A stretch of DNA of 64,000 nucleotides from Schmidtea nova (lineage: Eukaryota), in contig CM097884.1 in the NCBI GenBank assembly GCA_044892505.1, positions 17,856,001 to 17,920,000 on the forward strand, read 5' to 3'. The notes under the pieces are model-generated. The model was not told the DNA's origin and did not search any database. It was given only the letters and a program-made list of their open reading frames with translations. This document shows positions 9,779 through 22,714 of this stretch, in pieces. The position numbers and the translations under genes are program-made. How positions within the stretch are numbered: position 1 is the stretch's first letter; each line of letters begins with the position of its first letter.

Positions 9779-9879
9779 TTGGAAACAAGAAATATTAAAA
9801 AAATAGAAATAGATTTTAATAAAATATTAAATATGTAAATCATTCAGTAGATCTTTGTAACTACAAATTAATAATATAA

Positions 9880-10270
9880 TTTTGTTGATTTATTTCGTTT
9901 TCATTTGGTAATCTACTACCCTTTTTTTATATTTTCTTCACGCGTTGTAAATCTCAAAATTTTCCAATTTATTGCTTTTTAATATTTTCTTTTGTTAAAT
10001 CAAATTTTGAAAGTGGAATAAAATGATCTATTTCAATTAGTCCTTTATAATCTTTTGTAATAAAATATGGTTTTGAAAATTCTAACCATTCATGTGTTTC
10101 TTTAGAATGTGGAAGTTTTCTTAATTCATCTACTATTCTTGCATTTGGTGTGTTTTTAGCCATCGTTTTGTATTTTCATTTACACATTTTTTACAATTAG
10201 TATTTTTCAAAACGAAATTATCAAGCGATTTTATTTCTTTACATTTGCTACATTTTTTGAAATATTTTTT
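9880..10270 (-). pseudogene. HNH endonuclease with an N-terminal CxxC...CxxC zinc ribbon, frameshifted
   Basis: Fragments KKCSKCKEIKSLDNF..CKKC, IEIDHFIPLSKFDLT and AINWKILRFTTREENIKKG. Confidence 0.65.
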
Positions 10271-10272
10271 TT

Positions 10273-13200
10273 TTAATTTGGAGAGGGTGTAACTTTGTTG
10301 GTAAATTGATAATAATTCAATTCACATGTTTTTGTTTCTTCATAATGTAGATACATCATTCCGTCTTCATCTGGTGGTTGTCTTTTTGATTTATTTAAAT
10401 CATGTTTGAATGTTTTGGGTTGTGCTTCTTCATCAGTAGGTTTCTAACACCTTTTATAAAATCATGACTCCAAGGTTTGGTTGTTATTGACTCTACCTCT
10501 TCTTTACGGTATAATTTGAAAAATTCTTTTGAATATAAAATGTCAGAGTTGTATCCTTTAAAAGTTTTCTTTTCAATTAATATTCCATTATTTAAAACTA
10601 TATTATATTTAATTTTTGGTGCTTGAAATAATCCATATACAATTCCACCATCTCCATAATCATTTTTTCCTTGACCTAAATTACTTCCTACATGTCCAGC
10701 TTTATCTAGTTCATTATAATATATTTTTGAAATATATGTTGAATCTGTGTCTATAATATTCAATTGGTTTCTTGTAAGCATCTATCTCTAGTAAAAAATT
10801 ATTCATAATTCTTCTTGAATGTCCTAATATAAAAGATCCTAAATGTATTAGCACTTCCGAAATTTGTTTTTGGATCTACAACATCAATTTTCTCAGTTTC
10901 AATTTTTTTTCAACAATCCATTTCTTGTTTCCAATTTCAAATCTTGATAAAATCATGTCATCATAATTATCTCGTAATGTTCGTTCACTCCAAATATGCA
11001 TTTCTGTATCACCATATTTTTGAACTGTTTTGCCATATAATGAATTCATCAACAACTTCATTAATTCATCACCAACTGGATCTATATTATTTTTATCACC
11101 TTGATGTTTAATACCATCATTTTCTTGATATGGTTTTCCTTTATATTTTAATCTTATGTTAAATAATAAATTAATATATGAAGTAAACGGAGAAACTTTA
11201 TAATCTTTTTGATATATTATTCCTTCAGATATTCTTGTAATTTTTCCGACTGTTCTAACAATTTCATGGATGTCTACACTGTTTAACCAATCCTCTATAT
11301 AACCATTTCTAAATTTATTAACTTTACGTTTATCAACCCCTTCTTTAATTGGAACATGTTGTAAAAATTCTCTTGTGAATAATAATATCCAACTTTAAAG
11401 AATCCTGCTCTTGGTCTAAAGTTTTGAGTATTAAATAGATTTAATATTTCTATTTCTTCAGATTGTTTAAAAACTCGAGCCATTTCTACTTTTGGATATT
11501 CAGAATTTTCATCTTCCATTGCTGACGGATATAAACTTGTTGCATCAAAAGCCATTAAAAATCTTCATCAAACCATTCTAAATTCATTACTTTATTTCTT
11601 GATTCTCAAAACATGTTTGTTGTGTTATTCTTGGTTATTTTTTCTGGATTCTTTTCACACCATTCAAAAATACTAGCAAAATTACCAAATAAACTATAAT
11701 TATCTCTTTCAATAATTTTTTTTGTCTTGCTTAGAATATTCTTTTGTTTTATATTTTTGTAATAATTTTAATCCAGAATTTTGTTCTAATATTTCTAATG
11801 CTGGATATACAATTAAATAAAATAATTCTTGATTAAATATGAAATATCAACATAATTTGGGCTTTGCCTATCTTTATGTGGTAAATCTAAATATTCGTTT
11901 AATATTGTCTCAATGTTTTCCATTTTTGGGATTCAAATGTATTAATGTTTGCAGAAACTCGACCACCTTTTACACTTTTTCTTATAAACCATCGAACATT
12001 AGGATCAACATATGTTGATATTTTTTCTCGTTCATCAATTGGTTTTTTTAATTCTTGTTCATTATGATGTTTTACCCAACCTTTTAATGCTAATGATGGT
12101 GATGACATGCATGAAGACATGTTTTGTCCAACCTATTCTTCCATTATTGACGAATATTGTATAATAATTATTGCTAGTGATATAGCATCTAATTTTAAAT
12201 ATGGTTCCCATTGTGATTTGAAATCCAAATAATTTTCTAAAGTTATATTATCATGTTCTAAATTTGATTTACTAAATTCTATTGGAAGTTTAAATGCTTT
12301 ACATATATTTTCCAAACTATTTTTTATATGATTAAGAGAACATTTAAATATTATCTTTTGAAAAAATCTATTACCTATTGGATTTTTAATGTTTGGATGT
12401 TTTTCTTTAAATTTATCCTTTATTATCTTTTGATTATATTCTGATGTGTAAATATTTTTAAATTGAAGGTTAATTATACCTTGTGTTGTTTTTAAAATTT
12501 TATATGGAACAATTCCATGTTCTTGCAAACTAAATAATTATCAAATTTACTTCCATTATGTGCAATTAAATAAGCATTTGTTTGATTAGGAATATTTCCT
12601 ATGTATTTAAACATTTCAATAATTCAATCAACTACTATAAATATTTTAGCTTTTTCTTTTAATATTTCTTGTTGTATTTTGTCTTGTTTTAATTCTAATT
12701 TTTCACCCAATACTTTTTTAACATCTTTTAAAGATATTAATCCGGCCGCCCATTGTTTAAAATAACAATCTGTTGTATTTGGTGAAGCTTCTAAATCCCA
12801 AGCAAACGTTTCATCTTCAGATATTTTTTATACGAGTTTTGTATTCTGAAACTTGTACAATATTTTCAGAATTACAATCAACATGTAGTTTAATATAATT
12901 TTTATTTACCTCTTTTATTCCTTCTTTTTATAATATTTATCAATTAAGCAGAAATGATTTTCATACAAGTATAAAACCATGTTGAATTTACATGATTGAA
13001 CATTAGTTTTGGGATATAAATGTCTATCTTTTTCACTATAATATAAAATATTAATATTTTGACTTTTACAAAAACTAGGTATTATAGCTAAAGTCATAAT
13101 TCCAGAACGATAATCCCTTTCATTTTTATACAAATATTCTTCGTATTTTTCCACCATTATTATTGAAATACATGATATTATATTTCCAATATGACAATTT

Positions 13201-14053
13201 TTTCCACTTTAACTTTTTTTTCAAAATTAGCTTCTAATTCTCCTCTTCCACATTCTCAATATGAATTTGAAATCAAACACCATTTCTTTTGTTTAAATAA
13301 AATACTCCAATTATCAGGGTTTTCATGATTGGTAAAATAACCATCTAAATCACAATATTCTATATGCAACTCTTGTGTTATAAATTTAATTATTTGTTTT
13401 GGTGATTTTTTCCATCTCTCTAGCAATAATTTCTATTACACATTTTATAAAACAATTTCCATCTGATGGAATATAACAATATTCTCCTTTGTATTCATTA
13501 ATTTTGTATTTAAAATTTACTCCTTTTCCAAAATCACTTCTTGTTAATCTTTTAAAATGATCTTTAACAAATCTTTTCACTCCAGTAAATTTATATTCCT
13601 CCATGTCTGATGTTTCATTAAATGATTCTCTATAACCTTGTAACATTTTTATAGTTATTAAATTTAAATCTATTACTTTAATTGTTGTTTTTGTTCTACT
13701 ATTCCATAATTCATCAAAGACACTTACCATATATCCTCATTGAATTCTTTTATCAACATCATCAAGAACTTTGGAAAAATCTTCATCATAATATCTTATT
13801 ATTTTAATTAGGTTTGGGCTGTTTGTTTTCTCTACTTGTGTTTTTGTCTTTTTCTTTTCTTTTCTATTTCTTTTTTTCTTTCTTCTGTCTTAGTTATTAA
13901 TTCTTTAAATATTTTTGCCATTAATTTTTCTTGTAAGAGTTGTTTATTTTCATCTTTTAAACGTTTAAGTTCATCTTGTAATCGTTTATTTTCATCTAGA
14001 ATTTTTTTCCATTGCAAGGAACTCCTTAATTTAGAAATCGGTTTTGCGGCCAT
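10273..14053 (-). pseudogene. polB: Second-lineage protein-primed PolB polyprotein (element D) with an N-terminal OTU-like protease; many frameshifts
   Basis: Motifs in order on the minus strand: CYIPSDGNCF and LYENHFCL (OTU Cys/His), FAWDLEA (ExoI), IAHNGSKFD (ExoII), YLKLDAI (ExoIII), AFDATSLYP (A), KLLMNSLYGK (B), IDTDS (C). Confidence 0.88.
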
Positions 14054-14121
14054 TTTTTAAGAATAAAATTTTAATTATGCTTTTTGCCCACAAATAATAA
14101 AAAGTTTTTCGTGTAAATCAC

Positions 14122-14289
14122 AGTAGTATATATCGAAATTGGGTATCCTGAAAACCTTAAAATCTTGCCCGTATAAACTGAGTGAAATGAACGTTTGAGG
14201 GCGAACCCGCCCGCAAAAGTGAATGAGCGAATGTTTACGGGCAATATTTTGGGGTTTGCGGTATATCCAACTTCGTATATAATACTACT
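14122..14289. repeat. 168-bp imperfect palindrome with AGTAGT...ACTACT ends
   Basis: Arms of about 56 bp (AGTAGTATATATCGAAATTGGG...TTGCCCGTATAAAC and GTTTACGGGCAA...ATACTACT); no TSD seen. Confidence 0.8.
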
Positions 14290-14639
14290 TAATAAAATTC
14301 TTTAAAACTAGTTATAGCACTCAGGAAAAAATCATCGTTCGGTCAATAACACCATATATGCTTAATTACCGCACTGAGAAAAATAATTCCTTAACTTATG
14401 AGATCTTATGGGATTAATTACATTACTTGGAAACATGGGCGCCCGCAAAAAATTTTCTAGGGGATGGGGCAAAATATTTTTAGTTATGTTTTAATGTAGT
14501 TTTAATTTACTGTAGCGTATTTGTATGGTGAACGAACGGACAGGACACTGTAGTAATGGAGGGCATACTGTAGTAACAAATTTTTTATTAACACATTTTA
14601 TGTATATAACAAAAAATATTACAATATAAATTTAAAATA

Positions 14640-15980
14640 AAATTTATTCTTTAAACAATAACTGGAGTCGTCTGTTATCGGTACCAAACATAATTCAAAG
14701 AAATGTAATATGATTCTGAACGTTAATTATTTTGAACAAACATTGCGCTTGGCCAAGCCACTACTCCTCATATAGCCAGGTATGAGACGAAGCGCTTTGG
14801 ATGTTTGCACTCACTTCGATGAAAATATGGATCCGAACACTGAAAGGACTCCAACGAACTGATGATTCACCAAAGCGACTAATGACGGTACAACGACTAG
14901 GTGGACCATCATCAGACGTATGGAAATAGTTTTAATGAGAAAAAATATAAATATGCATATAAATAAATAAGTGAATAACAACATAATAATTTTAGTTTGT
15001 GAGAAAATGTGATCAAAGTAAAAATAAAAATTTAAAAAGAAATATTTTAATTCTTAAAAAAAATAATAAATACATATTTAACCATATAATAACACATTAC
15101 CAAACTTGAAAATCAATCAAAACACCTACGGCAGGGTAACAAAAGCATGATTTGCTAGCCTGCATGACAGAAAAATTCAAGATAATTACTCTTCTGCTTG
15201 GTTCGAAAGAGGTTGGGAATCGATTGAATCGTGCCCATCTAGAATCACGAGTACGTATCAAAACTTCTGGATTCTGCAAGTCGGAAATCAATAGATTGTT
15301 TCTGGAACTTTTTGAGGGGTTCGCTTTTATCGATTTTTACCAGTTGATTTTGTAAAAATTTCACTCTCGTAGAAATTTCTCAAAATTTTCGAGCAAATTC
15401 TGATAACTTCCCTTTTGATGGAGGTATATATAGCTGTTCAAACTGTTATTTTTGTTTATGCATTAAAACAAATTGTTTTAGAAGGAATTTTTGATTCTTT
15501 CGAAATTAGTTTTAATAATTTTAGACAAAATTGAATTATTATTTTTGCATAAAATTTTAAATAAACTTTAAATAATTTATTTTTGATCTAAAATTTTATT
15601 TTTAAATCAAAGTTTTTCTAATTTAGTTTAATTTAACAAAATCTTTAACTAAAACAATTTTCTTTCATATTTCTTTGAATTTTTAAGCTAAAATCGAAAA
15701 TTTCCTCCAAAACTTTTCCTAGTTTGTTGTCTTATTACATAATTGATGTTTTTATGTTATATGTGTTTTTCACGTGTATACTTAATGCGCTTTTGTTCAT
15801 TTTAATTTTTTAAACGTGTATTAATTATTTATTTATGGCTTTTATTATTATTGTGTTTTACTTGGTGTTTTTCTCGATCATATTTTAAGTTTACTTCGTG
15901 CGCGCTCTCTACATGCTGTATTACCGCGCTATTCAAACTAAATTCAGTTTATGTCCAACAAAATGTAATTAAAAACTTTA
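14640..15980 (-). repeat. Old non-coding interspersed repeat family, copy R (part B)
   Basis: Reverse-complement blocks GTAGAGAGCGCGC, GAACAATTTGTTTT and AGTGGCTTGGCCAAG match 53380-54565 and 61860-63064. Confidence 0.7.
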
Positions 15981-15989
15981 ATTTTATCC

Positions 15990-18900
15990 GATATTTTAAT
16001 CAATAAATTAAATGATGTTATTAATGAGATGGGGTTTGTCAAAATACAATTTTATGTTGACGTAGAGTTTGAAAAAGATGGTGAATTTCAATCATTTATC
16101 ATTTTAAACTCTGCAAGACCAATTAGTGATTCCTTTTTTAGATGAAGGTATCACCCTTTTAAATGAAGTAATTGGGTTATCAACAAACTCAACGAAATCC
16201 ATTTTGTTGTAATTAAATTTGCCCAAATTAGCCGATTAATTGGCAGAGGTCATATAAATACTCCTCGATCTTTAGATGCGAAACATTGTACTGTAAATGT
16301 AATTAATTCTGATGATTTCTGTTTCATTTATAGCATTTTGGCTATTTTGAAATATGATGAGGTAGATAATAATATAAATCGAGCAAATAATTATAATATT
16401 AATGATCTTGACTTTGACCATTCTGAAATGCCCATGAGACTTTGTAATATTCCAAAGTTTGAGGCTAAAAACACTGGACTTTCTATTGTTGTTTTATCTT
16501 ATGATGAAGATGCTCTTCTTGATACTTTGGCAAACCTTGAAGTTTTTAAATACCCTTGTCTTGACATTATCCACAGGTCGAAAGTTATTTGGTGGTACTC
16601 CTATTAACTTGATTTTGTTGGAAAGTGGTGATGCATATCATTATTTTGCAGTCACCGATCTTGATAGGCTTTTGAATCTTGATGATCGTACAATTTCCAA
16701 TACTCGCATTCAAAGTATATGGTGTCATCGATGCTTGAATGGATTTCGAAAACAGGAAGCATTCGATTGTCATCAACAGTTGTGTGCTAAAAATCAATTA
16801 GGCACAACTCTTTATACTCTGCCTAGAAATAAAAATTTGAAATTTAGTAATTGGGGCAAAACAATTACTCTACCTTTTGTTGTTTACGCCGATTTTGAAG
16901 CTATCTTATCTACTGATGATAAGTACTTTCGAAGACATGTCCCAATCTCTGCCGATCTTTTACTTGTAAATAATTTCACTGGCGAAAAAAGTTACAAGAG
17001 TTTCTTAGGTCTTGATTGCGTGACTAATTTTTTTACTGAAATTAGTTACTTGTCAGAATTTATTGTTTATCCCTTTTATAAAAATAATTTCAAGAAACCT
17101 TTTTTTTATGACAGCGGCTAATCAACAATCTTTTGCTTCTGCTACTATTTTTTATCTTTGTAAGAATACTTTAGTAAAACCAGTCAGAGACCATGATCAC
17201 TACACTGGAGACTTTTTGGGTGCAACATGTAATTCTTGTATCAAATCCCGTCGGTTATACAAAATTTTACCCGTTATTTTCTATAATTTTAAGGGATATG
17301 ACTTGTACCATATCTGTTAAATATGGATTGGCTAATTTTAAAAATGGGAAAATTTGTTTTATTACAACAACTAGTGAAAAATTCTTAACTTTATCTGTAA
17401 GAGTCGGTGATTTAACCATTAAATTCATCGATTCTTGTCAGTTTATTAATTCTAGCTTAAATGAAGTTGTTAAAACACTTACTTGTTTGCTTTTGACTAG
17501 ATATGAATTCTCAGGGAGTATTGTTGATTGTAAAGGTATTTTTTCCTTATAATTTTTCATCATCTTTAGAAATTCTTAACAACACTTATGAGTTACCACC
17601 AATTTGGGAAGGTGTTACCCAAACCGAATATGACAAGGTATTGGTGATTTGGAGGGAATCAAAGTGTGAAACTGTGTGACTATATGATGGTCTACCTTAA
17701 ACTGGATGTTTTTCTTCTTGCTGATCTCTTTCAACAGTTTAGGGCAAAATCTATAGCTCACAATTGACTTGAGCCTTTGAATTTTTTGTGGATTCCAGGT
17801 ATGTCGTGGGCTTCTGCGCTTATTACCTCGGATGAACCTATTGAGTTGCTCCAGGATATGGAGATTTATAATTTTTTCGAAGGGGGGATCCGTGGTGATT
17901 TTACATTTGTCAACAAGCACCATCTAGTATCCTCCGAAATGACTGAACTTTTATATATTGACGTAAATAATTTATATGGGTGTTCTTTAGGCCAAAAAGT
18001 ACCTTATGGTGAGTTTAATTGGATCACAGATCAAACTAAATTTAATAAATAAATTAAATTAATGGATGCTGATTTAGCTATTTTAACTTATGGCGTGACT
18101 TTTGAAGTGGATCTTGAAATTCCTTCAGAAATACATGATAAATTAAATGATTTCCCGGTTGCAGCAGAGAAAATGTGTGCTCCGGGTTCAAAGGTTGAGA
18201 AGTTAATGCTTACGCATTATCCAAAATTCAACTATGTTGTTCATTGGAGGCTTCTTAAGCTTTTTATTTCTTTGGGTGTCAAAATAACTAGAGTTCATCG
18301 GGCTGTTCAGTATAAACAGAAACCCATTTTAAAAAATTATATTGACACAAACACTAGACTTATGACAGCTTCTTCTACGGCTTAGTTAAGAACTATAACA
18401 AAATCTTGAATAAAAGTTTTTATAGGAAAACTGTTGAAAATCTTAAGAAAAGACTATTTTACGACTATATAATTCAGCATCAAAACTGATTACATATACT
18501 TCAAAACCTACTTTTCGAAAAACTTATAGGATTGATGATGACCTAATTTCTATCTTGTTTAATAAGGACTCTGTGTGTTTAGATAGACCCAGCTACATTG
18601 GGCTAGGTGTGTCTGGGTTTGTGTTTCTTAGGCCAAAGTGTTACAATCTTTAGGTGATAAAGAGTGCATTAGGGCTAAGGTTATAACATTGAATGATACT
18701 GAATTGAATCATCAGTCGTACCTGGATTGTTATAATGATAATTAAATAGTTTCTGTTGATCAGTCGAGAATAGTTAGTGAGAATCATCAACTCTTTACTA
18801 CTAAATCTTCTAAGATCGCTTTGGCTAATCTTAATGACAAAAGACTTTGGGTGGGAAAAAATGTTAGTCTGGTCTATGGATATTATAATGGAATTGATAT

Positions 18901-19772
18901 GGTTATGGGGGTGTGAGAAGATGCTAATGAACCCGATAAAGAATTTGCCTGAAGATCCGAAGATTTATTTAAATAAAGATTTTTTTTAAAAATACTTTGT
19001 GTTTTTATATGTGTTTTTTATTGTTGAGCGTTAAATTCTGATTATTTTGATGTAAAAATTATTGAATTTTGACCATCTCTACCCAAGTAAGGTTAATTCG
19101 TGTAAAATTGATCGGAGTTGACCAATTTTTCCTATTTTCATTTTTGACACTTTTTTGTTCGCCGTTCAATTCTCAGTAGATTGATATAAAAATTATTGAA
19201 ATCTGAGCATTTTTGAAAATTTTGGAATTTCCCTTTTTACGAGTAAAATTTGAACGGATGAGTTCAATTTTTCATGTTTTTACTTTTTGACCTTTTTTTG
19301 TTCGCCATTCAATTCTCAGTAGATTGGTATAAAAATTATTTGATTTTAAGCATTTCTGAAATTCTTTGGAAAAATATTGAAAAAATTAATTAATTTTATA
19401 TTTTCTATAAAAAATTATCAAAAAATAAATAAAAATTATTAAATTTCAGTATTACATTATTAATCACGTAATAATCAAGCTATTTATGTAATTTTAAAAA
19501 GTGTTTTGTAATGATCACGAAATTTGTAAATCTTTATATAATAAATGAAGGATTATATAATGAATACGTGACGATTTCATAACATATGATGTATAACATA
19601 ATAATCGTGAAATAATGTATTACTCATTGATTATGTAACGGTTATGTAGCATAAATAAAGTATTACATCCTGATTACATAACGCATAAAATATTATGAAA
19701 CTTCCGGGGGACATATAATATATACAGTTTAAGGATATATGTCTTGTGCTTGTCCGCTCACTATCCCCTACT
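15990..19772 (+). mobile_element. polB: 5'-truncated, decayed copy (A2) of element A: vOTU, C2H2, Exo with EndoVII insert, Pol, then subterminal region and terminus
   Basis: NSDDFCFIYSIL and YHYFAV (vOTU); WCHRCLNGF..H; VYADFEA. Bases 17100-18990 are closely similar to 1-2160. About 290 bp covering motif C is deleted near 18600. Terminus CTATCCCCTACT. Confidence 0.88.
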
Positions 19773-21411
19773 CTCGGCTAATCAGAATGCTCTATTCTCA
19801 CACTAATTGGTAAGTGTTTATTTAATATCAGTTTTATTTGCAATTAAATTAATTTCACTTTTTAAGAATCATCTTATTTTCTGATTGGGTACATATTTAT
19901 TTTTTTTATTTTTTAATTTATTCATAGAGCAGCTCATATTCCGGGGTAATTATTTGTTTTGTGCGTAATTGATTTTTATTTACTTAAGGCATTTCTGGCC
20001 TTTCTCCTTTTTTATAGGTAATTATTGTTTATGTACTTTTATTTTTCTGTAGTTTTCTAATTTCTATTTTGCAATTTAGGCCCTACTAACTCCGGTTCTG
20101 TTCTCCACGAGGATTCCCAGGATTTTATTATGTATTCGTGTTTCTTTTTATTCTTCTATGCTTTTGTTAATTGGTTTTATTTTCAGATTCTCCTCTAATG
20201 GTGGTAATTTATCTTTATTAAATTCATTGGTATATTTATTATGTATAATTTATTTGTGTTCTAAACCCTATTTGGCTGGTCCAACAGCAGGTCGGATTTA
20301 CATACGAAGGACAGTGAGAGAATTGAATGGGGAAGATCATTGCTCCTATATCGAATACGAAAAAGCATGATCCAAGATAAAAAATAAACCAACAGAATGT
20401 GTAGGCATCATTTAGAACTAGTATAAATAGACGCTGAAAAATCATAACTTAACCATTAATTTTGAGGACGGATAATTAACTTTATATTTTTGGAGAGTGA
20501 TTCTATTCTACCAGCCAGCGCTAGTGACGATTGAGTTTATTCAGTGGAGCGAATCGAACGTAGGTAATAATAAATATGATAATAAATATTAAGCTGTACA
20601 TTTTAAAGTTTTTAATAAACCTTCAAATCATAATTTTGTTTTTCGTAAAATATTATCATGTTTGTTCAAATGATTCCCGATTAAGGTTTAGGGTTGGTGC
20701 ACACGTCACAAATTCCAAATCGGTTAAAACTGCTTGGGTTGCATAGTCAGTTATACGTTGGTACAATCGTTTTACAAAATTTTACAGAATGACGAAGGAA
20801 TAAAAAGGGTGTTATTTAGATAATTTTGGGATAATTAAAAGTTGATCTGAGATAAGTCTGAGATAAGAAAGCTAGAAATAGATAATGTGACAAGATTGTT
20901 AAGTAAATATGTGCGTAAGGCTTACTATTGATAGCAAGAACCCGAAAAAGAGAATATAGTGAGTAGTAGTTTTGGCAACGAAGCTCATCTGCTCACTAGA
21001 TTCTCGCCACTGTGTACATTACCGACATAATTTATCAAGGAGTAATTATGGTTACACAAGTGAGGTAGTTAACATTTATGATGGGGTGGGTTGTAGTAAT
21101 ATCTAGAGATCAATAATTATTCCGTAAGAACCCATAACACCAACAAGTTTAATTTTTATGGCAATTCTCTACCTAATTTTCATCCAATTCATAACAGTAG
21201 TATTTATTAGAACCTTTTAACTAAAAATCTTGGAGCTTAAATGTGACGAACCTCTGACTTCCAAATTATTAAACGTCAAACATACAAAGTTAACGGAAGT
21301 GTTTGGAAGATAAATTAGAAATTGAGGGACCGAACATTAAAATTGGCATATATCTTCTATCGATTGCTCTTGAACCCGTAGAAATTACTGTATCAAATAT
21401 AGTTATGGTAA
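19773..21411 (-). repeat. Continuation of repeat copy R (blocks D and A) on the other side of the A2 insertion
   Basis: 20300-20400 (rc) matches 61690-61770; 20900-21190 (rc) matches 52870-53150. Confidence 0.6.
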
Positions 21412-21521
21412 AGTGATGTTCATTAATTACCTTTGTTTAAATAATATCAAGTGGCACTGTTTTAAAAATATATATTTTAATTTTTTAAATTGTTAATATG
21501 CATTATGAAGAGATTGTAACT
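21412..21521 (+). repeat. 5' LTR (AGT...ACT)
   Basis: 4 mismatches to 25825-25934. Confidence 0.93.
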
Positions 21522-21554
21522 GGCTACCACGCCGAATAAATTGAACCGATTCAC

Positions 21555-22714
21555 GTGGTGACAAGAAATCAGCATAGAAAGATGATTATGGAATCTTTGC
21601 CTAAACAGGCAAAAGACATTTTGAATTTTAATGTCAGAAGATTCGACGGCCGAAGCACGGTAGAAGCAGAGAAATGGCTCAAGGATATTGAATATTGGAC
21701 GCTACTAAATGATCTAGATTTAGTAAGTATTTTTGATTTATTATTGTCTGAAGAGGTATCTATTCTCTGGAAAGAATTTAAGGACATTGCCACAACGAAT
21801 GAAAAAGCTCGTGAATGGTTTAATGAAACATTTACCAAAAAGAAGTCCATTATGGATAAGATTTGTGACTTATCAGCAATAAAACAAATTAACGATGAAA
21901 GATTTATCACAATCGAGATACGAGTAAAGAAACTTGTTGACGAAGTTTTTGACTGTGGAATTTCAAAAGAAAATATTGTTGAACTGATTTTGTGCAGCAG
22001 AGTTCGGAACGACCGTTTGAAAGAAAATATTTCAACGAAGGCTAATATCTCGAGAGAAGAAATTAGAAATTTAGCAAAAGTATATGAGGCACGAGAAGGC
22101 TACGATACAAAAGAACGATTTGAAGAAGTTCAGGCAGTAGTGAAATCAACCTATGCAAACGTTGCTCAAGATAAACAGAAGCAATGGACTAAAAAACATC
22201 TTTAAATAATAGAATGTATTCGAGTCGTCAACCAGAAATAAGTTATCAAAATAGAAATGAAAGAAGCGAAAGACAAATTGATAGAGTGAAACCCGTGGTA
22301 GAACAATATAATGAGAGGACAACTATGGACCGTAGACCACCACCGTTAGTTTCAATGAAACATATCGCAAGGAAAGTTTATAATAGATGTTGTGGTCTAC
22401 CTGAACCAGCAGAAGAAAGGTTAAGATCTGGTAAATGCTTTTGTTGTGGACAAAGTGACCATATGCGATTTGAGTGTCCTTTGAAGGACAAATGCTTAAT
22501 ATGCGGTAAAGAAGGTCATTCATTTAGAAATTGCAATTTGTTAGTGAAATCAAGAAGTAATACACAAAGACTGGAACGAAGAGTGTACTGTATACACGAA
22601 GAAGACGATGACAGATCAGATGAATTGATAGCCCCAGTCATACATAATGTTGAGACTCAAAAAAATCAAGAAGTCCCTGTTGTCTACATTTCGTCAGTAG
22701 GGTCGAGACAGTAG
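21555..22714 (+). pseudogene. gag: Gag with two CCHC zinc knuckles, frameshifted at about 22200
   Basis: CFCCGQSDHMRFEC and CLICGKEGHSFRNC. Confidence 0.88.
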
